From Candidatus Adlerbacteria bacterium (GTDB lineage Bacteria > Patescibacteriota > Minisyncoccia > Phycocordibacterales > SBAW01): a stretch of 64,000 bases of DNA. This document shows, piece after piece, positions 19,770-28,147 of this stretch. The stretch lies in NCBI GenBank assembly GCA_028286685.1, contig JAQBRA010000002.1, positions 65,073-129,072 of the forward strand, given 5' to 3'. How positions within the stretch are numbered: the first letter of the stretch is position 1; each line of letters opens with the position of its first letter. Under the pieces are notes generated by a model. That model was not told where the DNA came from, ran no database searches, and was given only the letters and a program-made list of their open reading frames with translations. The translations under genes were made by a program, and so were the position numbers.

Positions 19770-21830
19770 ATGAACCTAATTGGCAAGGTCGTAAATGGGT
19801 ATGAAATCGTTGAATTTATCAACGACGGAGGTTTCGGCGTGGTCTACAAGGCCGAGAAAGAAGGTAAACTATATGCTCTTAAGCTCTTTCGTGAGGCCTA
19901 TGTACTCAAGGAATATCGCAACGGTGGAGACAATCGCATACAGCGCGAGATAGACATTTTGAAGTCGGCGAACCACAAAAGCCTCGTGAACTACGTGGAT
20001 AACTTCGTCACAGACATTGACGGCTCTGCACACCACTTCCTAGTCATGGAGTTCATTGACGGCACAAACCTGCGAACGATAATCGACGGTAAAGGAAAGC
20101 TCGATGAGAAGACTGCTCTCCAATATTTCAACCAGGTCTTGGACGGCCTAGAAGCCTTACATCACACACCTGTGGCCGAGGGGGTCTCGGGAGTTGTCCA
20201 TAGGGATTTGAAGCCTGAAAATATACTTATTGACGGGGCGGGCCAAGTGAAAGTGTCCGATTTTGGCATCTCGAAAATCATCGATTTTACCTCTATAACA
20301 AGCACAGGTGACTTTATTGGCACGAGCCCTTACATGTCACCCGAGCAGATAGTCGACAGCAAGCACGTGGACCGGCGCTCCGATGTATACGCCCTCGGGG
20401 TACTGCTTTATGAAATGCTGACAGGCCAACATCCTCACGACTATCAATCTGAACCTGAGCTCATAGACAAGATAAAGAACGAACCCGCCATACCACCACG
20501 ACGCAGAGTTGCTGATATAAACAACGAAACCGAAAACGTTATCTTGCGATGTCTTGAAAAGCAACCGTACGGGCGTTTTAGTGACGTCGCGCAGTTGCGC
20601 CAGTCGCTCAACCAAAAGTCTGTCGTACTTACAAAGAAAAAATACGACCTCACGCCGCGATTTGTGCTACGGCTCTACGACGACAAAAGTACCTTGGAGA
20701 AGTACCTCCCCACTCACCAAAGTAAGTTCTTTGTAGAGTTCCCTGCAAACCTTGCCGATCATCAAAAGGGCCTCCTAAAAATTGTGCGTGAAAACAAGAA
20801 TGTGATTATGATTGTCGACCCAGCAACAGTGCGTCTCGCGTACGACACTTTCTCTGATGTCGAGGGTCTAAAACGACTTCCCTACGCAAGGGAGGATTTC
20901 CAGCCCATTACCCCAGACAACTTAAAGGACTACAAGGAGCAGAAGGAGTACGTAAAAAAAGTGCTGGATACAGAAGCAGAAATTGGTGCCGACATCTTAC
21001 TCGCACCCTTTCATTACACACACAATAGTAATATTTCGCTTACAACGGCTAACCCCCATGCCGAATGGTTCGACCTCGACGTGAAGCTTTTAAAAGAGGC
21101 TATCGACTATCGTGATGCAACCCCAGCACTACGTGACAAGCCACTATACGCCGGTATCTGCGTTAATCATACGTCGTTGAGCAACGATCGTGATTTGCGC
21201 CACATACTCAATACATTTTCAATTTTTGATTGCGACGGATACATGGTCTATGTCGATTGCATAGACGAAAACACCTCTCGCGCCACACTATCCAACTACA
21301 TCACTCTCTTGCGGGAACTCCAGTTAAAGACTGGGAAGCCGGTTATTGCCGCACGGGTAAATGGAATTGGTCTCGGCTTATTGTGCGCCGGCGTGGCAGG
21401 CTTTACCTCTGGCGCCGCACGCTTTGAAACCTTTAACGAGGACTTGTACAAGGTGGAGAGGCCATCTTTCAACCTGTACGAGCGCTACTATTACCCCACA
21501 CTGATGAAAGCAGTTGCCATCTTGCGCAAAGACCCCGCCCGTTTCGACCTCATTCGCGACAAAATAGGAATATGTACATGCCGTTATTGCGGCGGCAAAG
21601 ATGCAGCAGGATCGATACTGGCGGCAAATAATAAACTCCACTTCCTCGAAATGCGCGCTCAGGAGGTAGCGGAAATCGCTGCCTTGCCCGAAGGCGAACG
21701 GATCGGGCACTTCATCCAGAGAATAAGTACAGCGTTGGATAATTACGCTCTGCTCACGCCGAGCGTCTTTAAGCCATCCGACTATGCACACCTCAACGGT
21801 TGGAAAGATGTCTTTCAGAGGCTAAAATAG
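19770..21830 (+). CDS. Ser/Thr protein kinase fused to an uncharacterised ~400-aa C-terminal domain
   Basis: Kinase motifs are present: VYKAEKEGKLYALK (VAIK-like), HRDLKPENIL, DFG, SPE. Residues ~290-686 match no family I recognise; they alternate beta and alpha segments and contain a CTCRYCGG motif. Confidence 0.8.
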   Translation: MNLIGKVVNGYEIVEFINDGGFGVVYKAEKEGKLYALKLFREAYVLKEYRNGGDNRIQREIDILKSANHKSLVNYVDNFVTDIDGSAHHFLVMEFIDGTNLRTIIDGKGKLDEKTALQYFNQVLDGLEALHHTPVAEGVSGVVHRDLKPENILIDGAGQVKVSDFGISKIIDFTSITSTGDFIGTSPYMSPEQIVDSKHVDRRSDVYALGVLLYEMLTGQHPHDYQSEPELIDKIKNEPAIPPRRRVADINNETENVILRCLEKQPYGRFSDVAQLRQSLNQKSVVLTKKKYDLTPRFVLRLYDDKSTLEKYLPTHQSKFFVEFPANLADHQKGLLKIVRENKNVIMIVDPATVRLAYDTFSDVEGLKRLPYAREDFQPITPDNLKDYKEQKEYVKKVLDTEAEIGADILLAPFHYTHNSNISLTTANPHAEWFDLDVKLLKEAIDYRDATPALRDKPLYAGICVNHTSLSNDRDLRHILNTFSIFDCDGYMVYVDCIDENTSRATLSNYITLLRELQLKTGKPVIAARVNGIGLGLLCAGVAGFTSGAARFETFNEDLYKVERPSFNLYERYYYPTLMKAVAILRKDPARFDLIRDKIGICTCRYCGGKDAAGSILAANNKLHFLEMRAQEVAEIAALPEGERIGHFIQRISTALDNYALLTPSVFKPSDYAHLNGWKDVFQRLK

Positions 21831-21838
21831 CAGTAAGC

Positions 21839-22495
21839 ATGTTCCAGCTTGAAAAAGAGATGATTCCGGTGCTCAAAAGGGATCTATCGAGGATCTTTGG
21901 TGCAGTTCACGCTGCCGAAGAGTTCGTAAGCGGGAACGGTCGTCCAGATTTAGTATTTGCTCGTTTCACAAGCGAGACGTCCTCACGAGGCGCACTTGAT
22001 TACGAGACCCTCCACCTGCTCGTAAGACATTTAAATAAAGAAGGGCGCGTGTACCATGTGGACGAAGTGCTTGGAATTGACCTGCAAAACAGAAAGCGGG
22101 TACATGGCATACTCGATGTGTTGAGCAACTATGGCTTTGTGGAGTACCAAGACGACACCCATTTCATCGTCCGGAGGAAGTACCAACCAGTGGCAGACGA
22201 ATTTGTTTCGATAGAGGCAAAATTAAGTGACTGGAAGTCTGGTGTCAGTCAGGCCATAAGATACAAGTCTTTCTCTAACAGCACGTACCTTGCCATTTCC
22301 GAAGAATATTTAGACCGTGTAGATAGGCAAACCTTGCGCGCCAGCGGCGTTGGGCTTATTAGCGTATCAAGGGAGAATGCTTCGCTTATTTTAAAGGCAA
22401 GAACAAGTAAACCTAAAAGTATGGTATCCAACTACTACCTTACTGAACGCCTCGTTGACACAGTAAACAGTTCTCGAGCTAGTGCAATAGTTTAA
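21839..22495 (+). CDS. hypothetical protein with a PD-(D/E)xK-like motif set and a possible winged-helix tail
   Basis: GRPDLVFARF...VSIEAKLSDWKSGVSQAIRY resembles restriction-endonuclease-fold D...ExK...Q spacing. It lies just after the kinase gene. Confidence 0.35.
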   Translation: MFQLEKEMIPVLKRDLSRIFGAVHAAEEFVSGNGRPDLVFARFTSETSSRGALDYETLHLLVRHLNKEGRVYHVDEVLGIDLQNRKRVHGILDVLSNYGFVEYQDDTHFIVRRKYQPVADEFVSIEAKLSDWKSGVSQAIRYKSFSNSTYLAISEEYLDRVDRQTLRASGVGLISVSRENASLILKARTSKPKSMVSNYYLTERLVDTVNSSRASAIV

Positions 22496-22596
22496 GCTTT
22501 TTTGCGTATCATTTTGTGGTCAGTAAGGAAACCTATTCCCAAGGCGACAAGTCATCCGAAACGGCGCATGTAAAGAGAACAGGGAGTGCTTCTTGA

Positions 22597-22935
22597 TTAT
22601 TTCAATGTCTCGCAAGCAAGACCGTCTTTGTCCGCGTCGAGACGGTGAGGGTCAGAGCTAGGGCCGCCATTTGCAATAAAGAAGGCTTGCGCTTGTGCAT
22701 GCGTAGCAAAGTCAGGGCAGTTTTTGTCGACAAAGCCCGATTTAGCTGCAGTCTTGGCGACAGTCTTTGTAACTACCTTTGCCTCAGTTTTAACCGCAGG
22801 CTTGCTGTGGCAGTGGTAGTTTCCTGTTTTGCTCTCGGTATGGCAGCCTTTTGCGTCGGTGCGGCCGGGGGAAGCCAACGCCACCGCCGGAGCGATGGAA
22901 ATGGCGAGTACTAAACCGGCGAGCAGGGTGCGCAT
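22597..22935 (-). CDS. excalibur calcium-binding domain protein (secreted)
   Basis: Signal peptide and a C-terminal DADKDGLACE motif. Confidence 0.5.
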   Translation of the reverse strand: MRTLLAGLVLAISIAPAVALASPGRTDAKGCHTESKTGNYHCHSKPAVKTEAKVVTKTVAKTAAKSGFVDKNCPDFATHAQAQAFFIANGGPSSDPHRLDADKDGLACETLK

Positions 22936-22936
22936 A

Positions 22937-23152
22937 TTAGCCAATGGTGAAAGCAATAACGAGTGCAGCACCAAAGACGACCGCTGCCATAACGATTGCT
23001 ACAGCCATATTGCCCTGCCTAAGCTCCTCCCACTCGTTAATAGGGGTAATGAAGGAGAACAATTTAACCAAAATACCAAGGGAAATTGCCATCGAGATGG
23101 CGCCAGTAATAGCCCAGCCGAACGTTATAAAATACTGTGTAAATATGTCCAT
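22937..23152 (-). CDS. DUF350-like small membrane protein
   Basis: Two TM helices flanking NEWEELRQGNMAVAI. Confidence 0.4.
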   Translation of the reverse strand: MDIFTQYFITFGWAITGAISMAISLGILVKLFSFITPINEWEELRQGNMAVAIVMAAVVFGAALVIAFTIG

Positions 23153-23206
23153 GGCCCCAGAGTAGCAAATGTGGCGGATTTAGCTACCTACTTAAACTAA
23201 TATTGA

Positions 23207-23235
23207 CATAATAAACTTATGTATGTAATGTATTC
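23207..23235 (+). promoter_or_regulatory. sigma70-like promoter (TTGACA-N17-TAATGT) heading an ORF-poor stretch
   Basis: Seen in the sequence. Confidence 0.35.
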
Positions 23236-23702
23236 GCTGGCTGTTCCCTTTCGTCGGTTTGTCTAGTTGAGCCCCGAAAGGGGTTTCAGCTGCAATATCG
23301 ATGGAGGTATAAGATGGACGTTGTTCAATGGTTCTGTAGTAGCAGGAGTAATATGGCTGTTTGGTTGTGTAGATTCCTTGGGTGCGAGGTAAAGCATAGC
23401 AATCCCTCTCCCGTGGTTATACCACCCCTACCAGTTCCTCTTGTTACAAGACCACTGCCAAGCTCGACTTGTCTCAAGTCGTACTGCAGATGCAACCCCC
23501 ACCTTTGGATTTTTCATCTGGTCATGCAGCATCCTGGGATTAATACTCCTGGCATCCGTCGCAAGATGGGCTGCTACTGCACAGATAGAATTATTCAAGG
23601 AATCTTAGTCGACCTACGGACACAAGGGTATGTACGTATGCACGGCTACGGCCGATGGTCTACGTACTGGCCCAATGCCGTTCTGGTCGACAAATAGCCA
23701 AA

Positions 23703-23737
23703 CCGCGCGCTGCAAGGCGCGCGGTTTTTATTGTTTT
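23703..23737. terminator. hairpin terminator (CCGCGCGC-tgcaag-GCGCGCGG + T-run)
   Basis: It ends the plus-strand noncoding stretch and abuts the stop codon of the minus-strand DUF2726 gene. Confidence 0.5.
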
Positions 23738-24261
23738 AGAACCAATTTCTTTTCTACCTCCCCTTTTATAGCTTCCTTATCCAACTTATCGGCTCTTAAG
23801 TGCAAAATGGATACGCCAGCATCAGCCATCATGCTATCTACGAGGTCGTCCCTATCCATCCGACGAGGGATAGAGTGGCTGCCGCCATCTAGTTCTATAA
23901 CTAGTTGAGGCGCCGCACGCTCTTTGTCGCAGAGCAAAAAGTCGACCGATTTCCTATCTATCCGGCTTCTCAGCCTCATCCGCTCGCGGTAATCAAAGTC
24001 CTTGTTAGGCTCGATAAAATGAGTAAAATTGACCTGGGCAAATATATAAAACCTGTCGCCATACAGCTCAAGCAAAATCTTGTACATCTCAGCCTCAGTC
24101 TTGGTATCGAAAATTGAGGCCTTCTTATTAAAATATTTAACAGCCTCTTCTTTGCTTTGTATGAGCAAGGCTAAAGCAACCAATCCAACAAGAAGCACTG
24201 CGGTAATTGCCCAAACCCACCAAGGGATATGAGGCAACCCAAGTAATTCAAAAATGGACAT
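23728..24261 (-). CDS. DUF2726 (nuclease-related, restriction-endonuclease-like fold) protein with an N-terminal TM
   Basis: KSVDFLLCDKERAAPQLVIELDGGSHSIPRRMDRDDLVDSMMADAGVSILHLRADKL matches the DUF2726 core. Confidence 0.55.
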   Translation of the reverse strand: MSIFELLGLPHIPWWVWAITAVLLVGLVALALLIQSKEEAVKYFNKKASIFDTKTEAEMYKILLELYGDRFYIFAQVNFTHFIEPNKDFDYRERMRLRSRIDRKSVDFLLCDKERAAPQLVIELDGGSHSIPRRMDRDDLVDSMMADAGVSILHLRADKLDKEAIKGEVEKKLVLKQ

Positions 24262-24262
24262 A

Positions 24263-24484
24263 CTACTTAGCTAAAGGGCCATTATGAGTGGGCGCCTCTG
24301 TAGTCTTCTTTGAGACTATCGGGATATCTTTGCGAGTGTTTTCATCTATCTGCTCAAGCAAACTTACTATCCTATTTGTTTTCCAGTACCAAGTGAGCAA
24401 CTCTCTTACTACAAAAAAGCCTACAAGCACCAAAAAGACGAACAAAAGCGGGTCGGTCCCAAAACTTGGGAGGTTTAGATTCAT
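24263..24484 (-). CDS. small membrane protein
   Basis: One TM helix. Located 1 nt downstream of the DUF2726 gene. Confidence 0.3.
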   Translation of the reverse strand: MNLNLPSFGTDPLLFVFLVLVGFFVVRELLTWYWKTNRIVSLLEQIDENTRKDIPIVSKKTTEAPTHNGPLAK

Positions 24485-24601
24485 GCCACCAGTATATCCC
24501 CGTATGAAGGACTCAATATTACGATGTGCACAGCTACTGATTTAATTACGTAAACAAAAAACCGCCTCACCGAGAAGGTCCCGGTGAGGGGAGGTCTTCT
24601 G

Positions 24602-25216
24602 CTAGTGGGCGGTCAATAACACTCTTCTGCCCGTGCCGAGAATATAGGGACGCGAGATCGGATCGTTGTCCCATTCCTCATTGCGTCGCTCTGCCCTCTC
24701 CTGCACTTCGTCCATGCACATATCAATGAGCCACTGTGGTAAAACGAAGCAGCCATACATGATACGGGTCTCGTCGTAGTACCGAACTTGTCCGTACTCG
24801 ATGGCCCGAATGAGGGTATGAATGAACGCATTGAACGCCCATTCGACGCAGTGGTTATGATCTGGGAGGAGGGGACCTCCGCGCCGATCATGCCCCTTTG
24901 CTACGTCTCTCGCCCAAGCGGCCATATACGATACCAACTGTGCATCGACGGGTACGAAATCTTTAGTGGCAAACGCCTTCTCGATTGCACTGAAGAAAGC
25001 CTTGCCCAGCGGGTCGGGCGGCAACTCCTTAAGGGAGCTTAGGTCCGCAGTTCCGTATTCCTGCACCAAAACATAGTCCCAGAGACGCTTTATGTTAGCT
25101 TCTTCATTATCCCAAAAGCGCATGATGTGCTCTTTTCTCAAACCCCCTTTGTTCGGCAGAGGGTAAAACCGTACTATAGCTTTTTCTATTATATACCAAA
25201 ATATATATTTTGTCAA
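24602..25216 (-). CDS. hypothetical protein
   Basis: The ORF has protein-like composition. I cannot recognise the family. Confidence 0.35.
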   Translation of the reverse strand: MTKYIFWYIIEKAIVRFYPLPNKGGLRKEHIMRFWDNEEANIKRLWDYVLVQEYGTADLSSLKELPPDPLGKAFFSAIEKAFATKDFVPVDAQLVSYMAAWARDVAKGHDRRGGPLLPDHNHCVEWAFNAFIHTLIRAIEYGQVRYYDETRIMYGCFVLPQWLIDMCMDEVQERAERRNEEWDNDPISRPYILGTGRRVLLTAH

Positions 25217-25438
25217 CTAAGACTGTGCCGAAAAAATCTTGGAGGGGCTGGTGTGGCCCGACAAAAGGCGAACATCCGCTAAGGGCAGATTGAGGTGGGC
25301 GGCTACCAGCTCGCGCACGCGATGGTTGGCCAAGTTGCGCTCGGCGGGCTCTTTGACCCAGATTTTAAGCCGCCCCTTGGGCAGCTCTTCGACCAGCTCC
25401 TTTTTGGCCCCCGCCACCACCCGAACGCTTACATACAT
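25217..25438 (-). CDS. DUF167 (YggU/UPF0235) family protein
   Basis: MYVSVRVVAGAKK...LKIWVKEPAERNLANHRV...LLSGHTSPSK. Confidence 0.5.
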   Translation of the reverse strand: MYVSVRVVAGAKKELVEELPKGRLKIWVKEPAERNLANHRVRELVAAHLNLPLADVRLLSGHTSPSKIFSAQS

Positions 25439-25776
25439 ACTTACTTCCTTACTTCCGCTTTCCTCCCGGCCAGCAGACGGGGCACACGCCCGTGCCGCGG
25501 TATTTGTGGCCACGGGTGCACGTGCGCCAGACATTCTTAGTTTTTTTGATCATAAGTATCACATCTCCACTGCCCCAACACTACACCTATTCCCACCCTC
25601 ACGACTTTTTATTCTAGCTTTCTGCAGAAGCCTGGAGTGGATTCGGTAGGCTTTTGCTCTGCCATATGCCCTTATAGTACACCCGACAAGAAGCCTTCAA
25701 GTCCCTCCCTCCTGCATAACAAAATAATAAAAGTGGCCGATCCGAAGCGTCGGAACAGCACAGCAAGGCGAACCAG

Positions 25777-25800
25777 ACGCCCGGGCGTTTTTCTTTTGCC
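25777..25800 (+). terminator. terminator-like hairpin, short member of a three-copy family
   Basis: ACGCCCGGGCGT followed by TTTTCTTTTGCC. Confidence 0.35.
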
Positions 25801-25882
25801 CCTGTCGTACGACAATTGCCAAATAGGCCTATTTATTGTATTTTGCCTGCAGACTAGAGAACAACCACAGAGAGGCTAGCTC

Positions 25883-26479
25883 ATGACAACCCTTGTAGCG
25901 CCCCTTACCGGGGAGAGCTTGGAGACCATCCAGTCGCTCGCGCGGAACGTATTCCTGGATGGCGAATGCTATGCGTTTGCCATCGGGCTCAGCCGGGGCC
26001 TTGGCTGGTCTATGGTCGGGCTTATGGAAGGGCCGGTGATCCGGCACGCTCTGGCCTACAACCCAAAAAAGCCCTCCGGCCTGGGCGTGCTCTACGATGT
26101 GCGCGGCAAGCTGGCTCTAAACGAGCCGGAGCTCGGCAACCCTTTCCACCATCGTCCGCCGTATATACTGCGCGAAGTAACCGAGGACGACCTGCGCGCC
26201 GTGCGACCCGTACACGAGCGCAGCATTGCTATGGCCGGCCGGATGGCAGAGGCCATGTGGCCGCACCTGCCCTGGAAACAGGGCCTGGCCGTCCGCGCCA
26301 AGGCATTTGCCGACGCGCTTGCTGCCCTCAGCCGCGAGCACGGGTTTTGGATACGAAGCCCTTACGACACCATGCGCCCCATCCTTTCGGAAGCGCACGG
26401 CGACGAGCGGGGCTACACGATCCGCATACTCGACGACGGGATGGCGTACACTATCGACCGCAGGCTTACCGACGCATGA
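25883..26479 (+). CDS. hypothetical protein (198 aa)
   Basis: The ORF has balanced composition. The overlapping R-rich frame 25966..26739 was rejected. Confidence 0.4.
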   Translation: MTTLVAPLTGESLETIQSLARNVFLDGECYAFAIGLSRGLGWSMVGLMEGPVIRHALAYNPKKPSGLGVLYDVRGKLALNEPELGNPFHHRPPYILREVTEDDLRAVRPVHERSIAMAGRMAEAMWPHLPWKQGLAVRAKAFADALAALSREHGFWIRSPYDTMRPILSEAHGDERGYTIRILDDGMAYTIDRRLTDA

Positions 26480-26493
26480 TAAAAGGAGAACGC

Positions 26494-26739
26494 ATGGCAA
26501 CATCGCCATATCTCTTCGTTCCGGACGAATTCGTTGTCTGGCGCGAACAGGACCAGCCGAACCTTGCAGAGACGCTCGAAGAGTTAAAAAGCGAGTACGG
26601 CGACGGGCCTTTCAGGGTAGAAAGCGTCCAGCTTGAGGAGGAGAACTTGAAGCATCCTCAAGTCGTAACGATCTGGTCCTCCCGCGCAGGCTCCTCAGTG
26701 CCCTTCTCGGGACACTGGTTTAATCCGGTCTCCAACTAG
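26494..26739 (+). CDS. hypothetical small protein (81 aa)
   Basis: AGGAGA ribosome-binding site, and a terminator follows directly. Confidence 0.4.
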   Translation: MATSPYLFVPDEFVVWREQDQPNLAETLEELKSEYGDGPFRVESVQLEEENLKHPQVVTIWSSRAGSSVPFSGHWFNPVSN

Positions 26740-26746
26740 AACAGAA

Positions 26747-26780
26747 CGCCCGGACCATTGGTCCGGGCGGTTTTCTTTGC
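26747..26780 (+). terminator. terminator hairpin, copy A of the repeated element
   Basis: CGCCCGGACC-att-GGTCCGGGCG followed by GTTTTCTTTGC. Confidence 0.55.
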
Positions 26781-26781
26781 A

Positions 26782-27189
26782 CTAGTTTATAAGGTCGTGC
26801 AGCGTCATTTTTATCTTATGCGCGACAGCATCCAGCTGTTCTTGCTCCTCAGCATCCACCTTATCGTCTACATATAAAGTTTTGCGGATGATATCCATGG
26901 AGTCCAGATACGCATACACTCGCTGTGTAACCAGGCGCGACACAGCCCTATGGTCCGGCGCGCAAGGCGCGTATTCTTTTGCCACAGTTACCAAGTACCA
27001 AAACTCATACGCGTGAGTAATGGAAAACTGGTGCCGGAGGTCGATAACTTGCAACTGGCGCTTCATCTCCTTGTCGAGCACCGAAAGAGTATGCACTTTC
27101 CATGCCTTATTTTTGTATACCGATTTCAAGATCGGCATGCCGTAGCGGATCGCCGAGTGCTCCGGCGGAAACCTCTGCTTCCATTCCAT
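26782..27189 (-). CDS. hypothetical protein (135 aa)
   Basis: ORF only. Confidence 0.35.
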   Translation of the reverse strand: MEWKQRFPPEHSAIRYGMPILKSVYKNKAWKVHTLSVLDKEMKRQLQVIDLRHQFSITHAYEFWYLVTVAKEYAPCAPDHRAVSRLVTQRVYAYLDSMDIIRKTLYVDDKVDAEEQEQLDAVAHKIKMTLHDLIN

Positions 27190-27276
27190 AAGGATCTCCC
27201 CTTCTGCCCACCACTGTACTCTCCTGCCCTAAAAAAGAAAGACTGGCAGTTGGATTCATGCACCCAGCAAATAGCG

Positions 27277-27311
27277 CGCCCGGACCAATGGTCCGGGCGT
27301 TTTTCTTTTCC
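27277..27311 (+). repeat. terminator-like hairpin, copy B of the repeated element
   Basis: CGCCCGGACC-aat-GGTCCGGGCG followed by TTTTTCTTTTCC; near-identical to copy A. Confidence 0.5.
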
Positions 27312-27327
27312 TATCGGCAAGCCTGGG

Positions 27328-27720
27328 CTAGATGTCGCCGAGCTCGAACAGATTTATTTCGACCCCGGCCCCTTCCGCGGCCTTTTGCATGGCGCTTATG
27401 TACGGCTTCCACCCGTCACTCGCCTCAACATAAAAGTCGAGTTCCGTGATGCCGAAGTTGGTCATCTGGATGCCAACCTTGCGCGCAAGATCCTCGATAA
27501 CCGCCTCGTCGTCGGGCAGGCGATAATCGTAATGATGCAGCTCCTGGGTGCTGTGCAGCAGGCCGAATCTTCCCGACAAGATGTAATAGTCGGCTTTTTG
27601 GGTCCCGGCAATGTTCTCGACTTGCGCAATGTGCCGGCCCAAATAGAGCTGCGAGGCCGGCATCTGGTCGGGGTCTGCCCGCTTCTTCCAGCTGCAGATA
27701 GTGGCAACGGCTTTTTTCAT
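27328..27720 (-). CDS. hypothetical protein (130 aa)
   Basis: ORF only. Confidence 0.35.
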   Translation of the reverse strand: MKKAVATICSWKKRADPDQMPASQLYLGRHIAQVENIAGTQKADYYILSGRFGLLHSTQELHHYDYRLPDDEAVIEDLARKVGIQMTNFGITELDFYVEASDGWKPYISAMQKAAEGAGVEINLFELGDI

Positions 27721-27790
27721 GACACCTCTCTTTAAAGAATTGTTCCACTTCTACCCTACCAATACTTGGGGGATTTTGCCACGAACGCTC

Positions 27791-28141
27791 CTATGCGCTT
27801 TTCTCCGCTAGGCGCAGCCTTTGGCGCAGGGCTTTATGCTCGGGGCACGCCTGCGCCACCAGCGCCCAAAAATGGGGCCCATGGTTAAACTCGCGCAAAT
27901 GGCACAGCTCGTGGACGATGACATAGTCGGCGACCTCGGGCGGCAAAAACAGGAGCTTATAGGAAAAGTTGAGGTTGCCCTTGCTCGAGCAGCTGCCCCA
28001 GCGGCTCTTGGAGTTCTTTATAAATACGCGCCTGAGCGTATGGTTGTAGTAGCGGTTGTAGTGCGCGAGCCTAGTGTGGACCAGGGCGCGGGCGGCCTCT
28101 TTGTGGGCCGCGTAGTGCTTGGAATTTCTGCGGCGGAGCAT
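27791..28141 (-). CDS. DUF45/YgjP-like zinc metallopeptidase domain protein (short)
   Basis: IVHELCHLREFNHGPHFW is an HExxH...NH motif. Confidence 0.55.
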   Translation of the reverse strand: MLRRRNSKHYAAHKEAARALVHTRLAHYNRYYNHTLRRVFIKNSKSRWGSCSSKGNLNFSYKLLFLPPEVADYVIVHELCHLREFNHGPHFWALVAQACPEHKALRQRLRLAEKSA

Positions 28142-28147
28142 TATTTT

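Noticed and set aside
20625-21830. Idea that the kinase C-terminal domain is a TGT/DpdA-like tRNA-guanine-transglycosylase fold (FDC plus CxCxxC...H motifs)
   Set aside because: Motif order and spacing do not match TGT: FDC lies ~125 aa before the Cys cluster and precedes the glycine-rich segment. I left it as an unassigned domain.
25441-25550. Imperfect hairpin plus T-run upstream of the DUF167 gene as a riboswitch or attenuator
   Set aside because: The stem is bulged, and the T-run is on the strand opposite to the downstream gene. Evidence is insufficient.
25966-26739. 257-aa R/P/A-rich plus-strand ORF
   Set aside because: Composition is unprotein-like. Only the last 81 codons, from the ATG at 26494 with an AGGAGA ribosome-binding site, were kept as a separate small gene.
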